Of a stretch of 33,409 nucleotides of DNA, positions 28,148-33,409 are shown piece after piece. The notes under the pieces were generated by a model. The model was not told the origin of the DNA and did no database searches. It saw only the letters and a program-made list of their open reading frames with translations. This DNA comes from a virus (lineage: Duplodnaviria > Caudoviricetes): the IMG/VR virus record IMGVR_UViG_3300037839_000771, positions 1-33,409 of that record. One strand, given 5' to 3'. The stretch's first letter is position 1. Every line of letters starts with the position of its first letter. The translations under genes were made by a program, and so were the position numbers.

Positions 28148-30069
28148 ATAAAAAGAAAAAAGTTTTAATACAAACTGATTTCTCTCTTGCCAAAACGGGC
28201 TTCGGAAGGAACGCTAAAACTCTTTTAAAATATTTATATAATTTAGATAAATATGATTTGGTTCATTATTGCTGTGGAATGCCTTGGAGTCATCCAGAAT
28301 TAAAAAGAACCCCATGGAAATCAATTGGATCATTACCAGACACGCAACAAGAACTAGAGCTTTTAAATAGAGATCCGAATTTAGCTAGAATGGCTAGCTA
28401 TGGGGCGCACTATCTAGACAGAATAATTGACCAAGAAAAGCCAGATGTATATATTGCTGTTCAAGATATTTGGGGCGTTGATTTTGCTATAGATAAACCT
28501 TGGTTTAATAAAATAAATTCTGTTATTTGGACCACGTTAGACTCATTACCAATATTAGAATCCGCAATTTCTTGCGCCCCAAAAGTTAAAAATTATTGGA
28601 TTTGGAGTAATTTCGCAACAAAAGCATTAAATAATATGGGACATAAACATGTTAAAACTGTCCATGGATGTTTAGAGTCTAAGGATTTTTATAGATTATC
28701 AGATTTTGATAGGAAAAAATTAAGAAATAAATATAATTTATCCCAAGACGCATTTGTAATAGGTTTTGTTTTTAGAAATCAATTAAGGAAAAGCGTCCCC
28801 AATCTTTTAGAAGGATACGCTTTATGGAAAAAAGAAAATCCAGATATTAAAAATACGTTTCTACTTCTTCATACTCATTGGGGCGAAGGATGGAATATTC
28901 ATAAACTATGTCAAGAGTTCAATGTAAATCCAGCAGAAGTATTAACTACATATGTATGTAAAAATTGCGGAGAATATGAAATTAAAAATTTTACTGGTCA
29001 AGATTTAAATTGTAAATATTGTGGAGCAGAAAAAAGCCAAACAACTACGAACGTCGGGATTGGAGTTACGGAACAGCAATTAAATGAAGTTTATAATTTA
29101 ATGGATGTATATTGTCATCCATTTACTAGTGGAGGCCAAGAGATTCCAATTCAAGAAGCTAAACTCACTGAATTAATTACTTTAGTTACAAATTATTCAT
29201 GTGGTGAAGAAATGTGTGAAAAAGACGCTTGCTCTATTCCTCTAGAATGGTCTGAGTACAGAGAGCATGGCACAGAGTTTAGAAAAGCTTCTACTTATCC
29301 AACTTCTATAGCTAAGAATTTAAATAGAGTATATAAAATGTCTAAAGCCGAAAAAATAGAAATGGGTAAAAAAGCAAGAGAGTGGGCAATTAAAAATTTC
29401 TCAGTAGAATCTGTGGGTTCAACTATAGAAAATTTTATAGATAAATCTGAAAGTACAAATTTTGATTTTTTAAATTCTCGAGTGGAGAGAAACCCAAATG
29501 CAGTTATACCAGAAATAAAAGACAACAAAGATTGGATTTTATATCTGTACCATAATATTCTTTGCCTTAAAAATATAAATGAAAATGATTCTGGGTTTAT
29601 TTACTGGATGGATCAAATTGCAAAGGGCGCTTCTAGAAACGATATAGAGTCATATTTTAGAAAAGTCTCAACAGAAGATTTAAGCAAAGACAAACAAATT
29701 CCTTTTGAAGAAATTTTAGGAAAAGATGATCAAGGCAAGAGGCTACTATTAGTAATGCCAGAAAGTGCTGGAGACGTATTTATGGCAACAAGCCTACTCC
29801 CATCAATTAAAAAGATTTATCCAGAATATAATATATATTTCGCCACCAAACAAGAATACTTCTCAATTTTGAACGGCAATGAATATATTTATAAAACTAT
29901 TCCTTATATCCAGCAAATGGATAATTTAATGTGGTTAGAAGGTGCCGCCGACCATAAAGGATTTTTTGAAATTGCATTTTTACCTTATGTGGGAACTCAA
30001 AGAGTTTTAAATTATCTACATAACGGAAAAGATAAAATAGAATTTAACATCAAAAATTTTAATATATAA
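28144..30069 (+). CDS. Multidomain glycosyltransferase: GT4-like GT-B with CxxC/CxxC insertion + DUF4214-like helical segment + GT9-like N-terminal domain
   Basis: TGFGR, RNQLRK, LNEVYNLMDVYCHP..GGQEIPIQEA; CKNC..CKYC; LY..IL...D.G..YW...G.SR; LLVMPESAGDV.MATSLL..IKK.YP. GTGA overlap suggests start 28144. Confidence 0.85.
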   Translation: MNKKKKVLIQTDFSLAKTGFGRNAKTLLKYLYNLDKYDLVHYCCGMPWSHPELKRTPWKSIGSLPDTQQELELLNRDPNLARMASYGAHYLDRIIDQEKPDVYIAVQDIWGVDFAIDKPWFNKINSVIWTTLDSLPILESAISCAPKVKNYWIWSNFATKALNNMGHKHVKTVHGCLESKDFYRLSDFDRKKLRNKYNLSQDAFVIGFVFRNQLRKSVPNLLEGYALWKKENPDIKNTFLLLHTHWGEGWNIHKLCQEFNVNPAEVLTTYVCKNCGEYEIKNFTGQDLNCKYCGAEKSQTTTNVGIGVTEQQLNEVYNLMDVYCHPFTSGGQEIPIQEAKLTELITLVTNYSCGEEMCEKDACSIPLEWSEYREHGTEFRKASTYPTSIAKNLNRVYKMSKAEKIEMGKKAREWAIKNFSVESVGSTIENFIDKSESTNFDFLNSRVERNPNAVIPEIKDNKDWILYLYHNILCLKNINENDSGFIYWMDQIAKGASRNDIESYFRKVSTEDLSKDKQIPFEEILGKDDQGKRLLLVMPESAGDVFMATSLLPSIKKIYPEYNIYFATKQEYFSILNGNEYIYKTIPYIQQMDNLMWLEGAADHKGFFEIAFLPYVGTQRVLNYLHNGKDKIEFNIKNFNI

Positions 30070-30070
30070 T

Positions 30071-31249
30071 ATGCATATTCTAGAACAATACGCTTTAAAT
30101 TGTGGAGTATCAATTTCTAAACCATCCATAAGCGAAGAATTTTTTCCACTCCCATTTGAAAAATATATAACGTTACATCCAAAGGGGAAATTCCCATCTA
30201 GAGAATATGATTATTGGGAAGAAGTAACCGCTAATTTATTTCCTATTTTAGAAAGACATAATATTAAAATAGTTCAAGTTGGAGGAAAAGAAGATCAACT
30301 CATACCCTTTTGTTATCCAACTAATGGACAAACTAATTTAAATAATTTAGCATATTTAGTTAAAAATTCATTACTTCATTTCGGAGTAGACAGCCTTCCA
30401 ATACATTTCGCCTCTGCATTTGGTAAAAAAATAGTTGGACTGTATTGTAATATGTATCCAAACCAATCCGCTCCTTATTGGTCTTCTTCTGAGGATTGCG
30501 ATCTATTATTCGCAGATTTGAAAGGTAAAAGACCATCTTATTCGCCTTTTGAAAATCCAAAAACAATTAATACAATAAAACCAGAAGATATTGCCAATAG
30601 CGTTCTTAAAAAATTAAATATTAATGAAAGTATTAAAAATAAAACAGTTTATTTTGGAGACGCTCATCATATAAGATCCGTAGAAATTATTCCAGATCAT
30701 GTTCCTAATTTATCTTCATTTAATATAGATATAGCTAACGTAAGAATGGATTATTATTTCAATGAGATGTTTTTATTTAATATACTTGGCGTATATAAAA
30801 CTAATATCTTAACAGATAAAGCTATCAATGTAAATGAATTAGTTAAATTTAAAAACAACATTTTGCATGTTTTTTTTATTATTAATGACGAATCAAATTT
30901 TGATATTAAATTTATAGAAAATTTAAAAAATAACGGAATAAAATTCTCAATATTATCATTTCTTCCAGAAGATAAAATTGAAAAGATCAAAATACATACA
31001 ATGGACTTTTCGAATATTATAGTTAAAGATTATGAACCCAATAAAGAAATTATTAAATCATTTAAAAGTAATAATTTAAAGTTTAAATCAAGCAAGCTTT
31101 TACTAAGCCAAGGAAAGATGTATCCGTCTTTTCAAAATTACAAATCAAATGTAAGCTATAATCAGTCTTTAATTGAACATTTTGATTTTAAAGAAGAGGG
31201 TGATCTTTACAAAGAGTTGCAGAATTTTTATATTTTTAGTATTGACTAA
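30071..31249 (+). CDS. GT9 (heptosyltransferase-like) C-terminal domain fused to an unknown domain
   Basis: H..E.Y, YITLHP, W..V...L, IVQVGG..D, GQTNL..LAYLV..S.L.FGVDS.P.H.ASAFG...VGLY, I..I.PE.I. Confidence 0.8.
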   Translation: MHILEQYALNCGVSISKPSISEEFFPLPFEKYITLHPKGKFPSREYDYWEEVTANLFPILERHNIKIVQVGGKEDQLIPFCYPTNGQTNLNNLAYLVKNSLLHFGVDSLPIHFASAFGKKIVGLYCNMYPNQSAPYWSSSEDCDLLFADLKGKRPSYSPFENPKTINTIKPEDIANSVLKKLNINESIKNKTVYFGDAHHIRSVEIIPDHVPNLSSFNIDIANVRMDYYFNEMFLFNILGVYKTNILTDKAINVNELVKFKNNILHVFFIINDESNFDIKFIENLKNNGIKFSILSFLPEDKIEKIKIHTMDFSNIIVKDYEPNKEIIKSFKSNNLKFKSSKLLLSQGKMYPSFQNYKSNVSYNQSLIEHFDFKEEGDLYKELQNFYIFSID

Positions 31250-31270
31250 ATCTTTAAAAGGTAGTATCAT
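31242..31270 (+). promoter_or_regulatory. sigma70-like promoter, probably leaderless
   Basis: TTGACT, 17 bp, TATCAT. ATG 31277 is 7 nt after the -10 box. Confidence 0.7.
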
Positions 31271-31276
31271 CTTAAA

Positions 31277-32077
31277 ATGAGCCCAAAAATTAAAGCAGAA
31301 GAGAATACTATTTCAATTGGAAGTTCTGAATTGTTTGAATCAGTAATTATTTCAGAACAAAAACAAGAGGTTGCTCAAGTAGTTCCACCAAATATAATAA
31401 CCAGAAACCAGTATGGCTTATTAGAAGATAAGAGCCTTAACTACGTATTTAATGATGATAGTACAATTAATTGGCGTAAAATGGTTAAAATAGAACACCT
31501 TGTTCCTAATAGACAAAAGACGCAAGAAACAGATGTTTCAAAGCTTCAAGATAAAGATTTGCTTATCCTGCTTGGGGGTATTAAAGAATTAGCTCAGATT
31601 CGTGGGTATACTACCGTTGAGTATAAAGTGGTCGCTGCATCTGAAAGTTATTTTGCAACAAGCTGTAAGATCACTTGGCTTCCAAATTATGAAACTGGCG
31701 GTAAGGAGATCATTTTTGAATCTCTTGCAGATGCCACAGTAAACAATACAAAAAATTTCGCTAGGTTCTTCTTAGCCGCAATTGCAGAAAATCGTGCTTT
31801 TGTTAGATGTGTGAGAAATTTCCTAAAGATCAATATTGTAAGTCAAGAAGAGCTTGGAGATGCTAAACTTCTAGAAGATTCAATAGCTAAAAATGACAAT
31901 CCAACCTCTCCTCATGCTCTATTGGAAAAAGTAATGAAAGATAAAAGTATAAACTTTGATCAATTAAAAAAGAAACTGATTAAAGAAAAATTTGATAATG
32001 CAGAAAATTTAAATTCAATCTCTGATATCCCTAAAGCTAAAATCTTTGAGCTTATAGAAAGAATTAAAAAAGCCTAA
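31277..32077 (+). CDS. Putative single-strand annealing protein (Rad52/Sak-like)
   Basis: G...LA...G, beta-strand block, ADA...N, AIAENRA..R.VR..L.I...S.EEL, followed by a small helical C-terminal domain. Confidence 0.5.
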   Translation: MSPKIKAEENTISIGSSELFESVIISEQKQEVAQVVPPNIITRNQYGLLEDKSLNYVFNDDSTINWRKMVKIEHLVPNRQKTQETDVSKLQDKDLLILLGGIKELAQIRGYTTVEYKVVAASESYFATSCKITWLPNYETGGKEIIFESLADATVNNTKNFARFFLAAIAENRAFVRCVRNFLKINIVSQEELGDAKLLEDSIAKNDNPTSPHALLEKVMKDKSINFDQLKKKLIKEKFDNAENLNSISDIPKAKIFELIERIKKA

Positions 32078-32871
32078 CTCAAGACGTAAGCGGAAAAACT
32101 AACCGAAGCTCTTCCATTGTCTGCGACGCTTAGATTTAAACTTTCATTATTTTTAATAATATTATTAAAATTAAAAGATAGTACATTAGTTAAGGTTAAA
32201 TAATTTTTAAAATTTATTTGTACCGATCTTAAGTCATTATTTATTAAGAATGACCTCATGTTAGACATCATATAATTATCAATATCTAAATCAAAAGCAA
32301 AATCTATTTTTATTGGATACTTTATAAATACTTCAGTTGGATAATATTCACCAATATTATACTGAGGAATTCTCTCTGAAGATATCGTCATATCAAAAGA
32401 AAGTAATCTATTAGTTAAAGCTTCGTTAAAGGTTATATCAGTATAGCATAAATCATATGGCGTTATATTGTAATTTATTGGATTATTTATTATGATACCA
32501 GTCTGCTCTGCAAATCTACCATAAACATCAACATCAGCCCTACAAACAATTGGGTTATCAATGGCAGTTTTAATATTATATCTAGTTAAATAACCACTAT
32601 TAAAATTTAAATATTTATTAGCATATCCAAAAGTCCCACTTATTGCATTTTGGCCAGTAAAAGAAAGCATTGGATCAACATTAGAAGGTATATACTCTAT
32701 ATTGATAGAAGCTTTATTTTGATTATTTACTAGAAAATTAAAGCCCGTGTCTTCTATAGCTATAGAGGGAGCAATGCTCGTGTCATAAGATACCCCTAAA
32801 GATTGAACACCAGAAACGAACTGTCCGTTTATATAGATATTTTGATTTTGTTTAGAAGAAAAGATAGGCAT
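32074..32871 (-). CDS. Putative virion structural protein (tail-tube-like, beta-rich)
   Basis: ING..VSGVQS, R.P.Y.IG..P....PI.I.F.F pattern; Asn/Ser/Thr-rich; divergent from a gpM-like gene. Confidence 0.45.
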   Translation of the reverse strand: MPIFSSKQNQNIYINGQFVSGVQSLGVSYDTSIAPSIAIEDTGFNFLVNNQNKASINIEYIPSNVDPMLSFTGQNAISGTFGYANKYLNFNSGYLTRYNIKTAIDNPIVCRADVDVYGRFAEQTGIIINNPINYNITPYDLCYTDITFNEALTNRLLSFDMTISSERIPQYNIGEYYPTEVFIKYPIKIDFAFDLDIDNYMMSNMRSFLINNDLRSVQINFKNYLTLTNVLSFNFNNIIKNNESLNLSVADNGRASVSFSAYVLS

Positions 32872-32880
32872 TTAATATAA

Positions 32881-32903
32881 TTACACCATTAAAACAAGTG
32901 TAA
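32881..32903. promoter_or_regulatory. Back-to-back GTGTAA boxes (TTACAC-11 nt-GTGTAA) between divergent structural genes
   Basis: TTACAC at 32881-32886 and GTGTAA at 32898-32903, each facing a start codon. Confidence 0.5.
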
Positions 32904-32924
32904 TTCTTTAAAAGGTATAAGGTT

Positions 32925-33409
32925 ATGGCAAGTATATACGATACAGTTTCTGGCTGGTCAAATAGCGTTAACTATAATAAATACAATATAGTTTCTGGAT
33001 CTAATCTTAAGTATTATTATGCAGTAACTAGTAATAGCGCTTCTAACCCTACGAATACCTCATTTCTTCAAAATAAATGGGATGGATATATAAACATTAA
33101 TAGCGTTCTAGTTCCAAATTTCTTTTGGAAACCGTCTTATACTAGTAGCATAAGTATTACTCCAGATATTAATATAATTCAATTTGGTAATGGATATCAA
33201 CAAAGATTAAATCAAACTATTAATCCCAATCTAGCAAATTTTGAAGCGCAATTTGATAACAGATTAGAATCTGAAGCGGTCAGTCTATTGCATTTCTTAA
33301 ATGCAAGGTCCGCAAAAGAAGCTTTTATATATAATGTTCCTACGATATATAGTAAAACTAATTTTTCAACAAGATTTATTGCACCAAACTGGTCTGTAAC
33401 TTATAATTC
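32925..33409 (+). CDS. Phage minor tail protein (lambda gpM/distal-tail-like), truncated by the window end
   Basis: Not in the ORF track; hand translation MASIYDTVSGW...FFWKPSY...QFGNGYQQR...INP...F..R...EA..LL.FL..R....AF.Y matches the gpM FGDGYEQR-type pattern. Confidence 0.75.
   Translation, partial: MASIYDTVSGWSNSVNYNKYNIVSGSNLKYYYAVTSNSASNPTNTSFLQNKWDGYININSVLVPNFFWKPSYTSSISITPDINIIQFGNGYQQRLNQTINPNLANFEAQFDNRLESEAVSLLHFLNARSAKEAFIYNVPTIYSKTNFSTRFIAPNWSVTYN

Noticed and set aside
3197-30990. Short minus-strand ORFs from the track (e.g. 3197, 5944, 7936, 8726, 9141, 9211, 14153, 17276, 17616, 27185, 29295, 30360, 30754)
   Set aside because: All are antisense to well-supported plus-strand genes, with Phe/Leu/Ser-rich shadow composition and no motifs.
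1-33409. Stop-codon reassignment as seen in some large phages
   Set aside because: Genes are full length and densely packed under code 11; TAA and TGA are the common stops and TAG ends the gene at 32074.

Overview
Very AT-rich window that reads as part of a large tailed-phage genome. It has four blocks. (1) The 5' two-thirds of a class Ia ribonucleotide reductase large subunit (nrdA, minus strand). It is preceded by a ~240-nt GC-rich, multi-stem non-coding element and a back-to-back sigma70-type promoter pair. (2) A ~14.6-kb translationally coupled glycan island: about 7 soluble glycosyltransferase-like genes, 3 SAM methyltransferase domains, an apparently self-contained NDP-heptose route (HddA, GmhA and a HAD-phosphatase/nucleotidyltransferase/methyltransferase fusion), two extended SDR epimerases, glf and gmd. 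(3) A replication/recombination module: RecA-like, DnaB, ThyX, a cysteine-free primase, PD-(D/E)XK nucleases, a Pol III alpha split into PHP, DEDDh exonuclease and catalytic genes, a Whirly-like SSB candidate and a Rad52-like annealing protein. It also contains a Zn-ribbon GT-B enzyme, with a GT9 heptosyltransferase-like fold split across two adjacent genes. (4) The start of a tail module (tail-tube-like gene and lambda gpM-like gene). The best candidates for an undescribed system are the phage-encoded heptose synthesis plus split GT9 transferase and the structured RNA upstream of nrdA. All family calls come from motifs recognised by eye; no searches were run.
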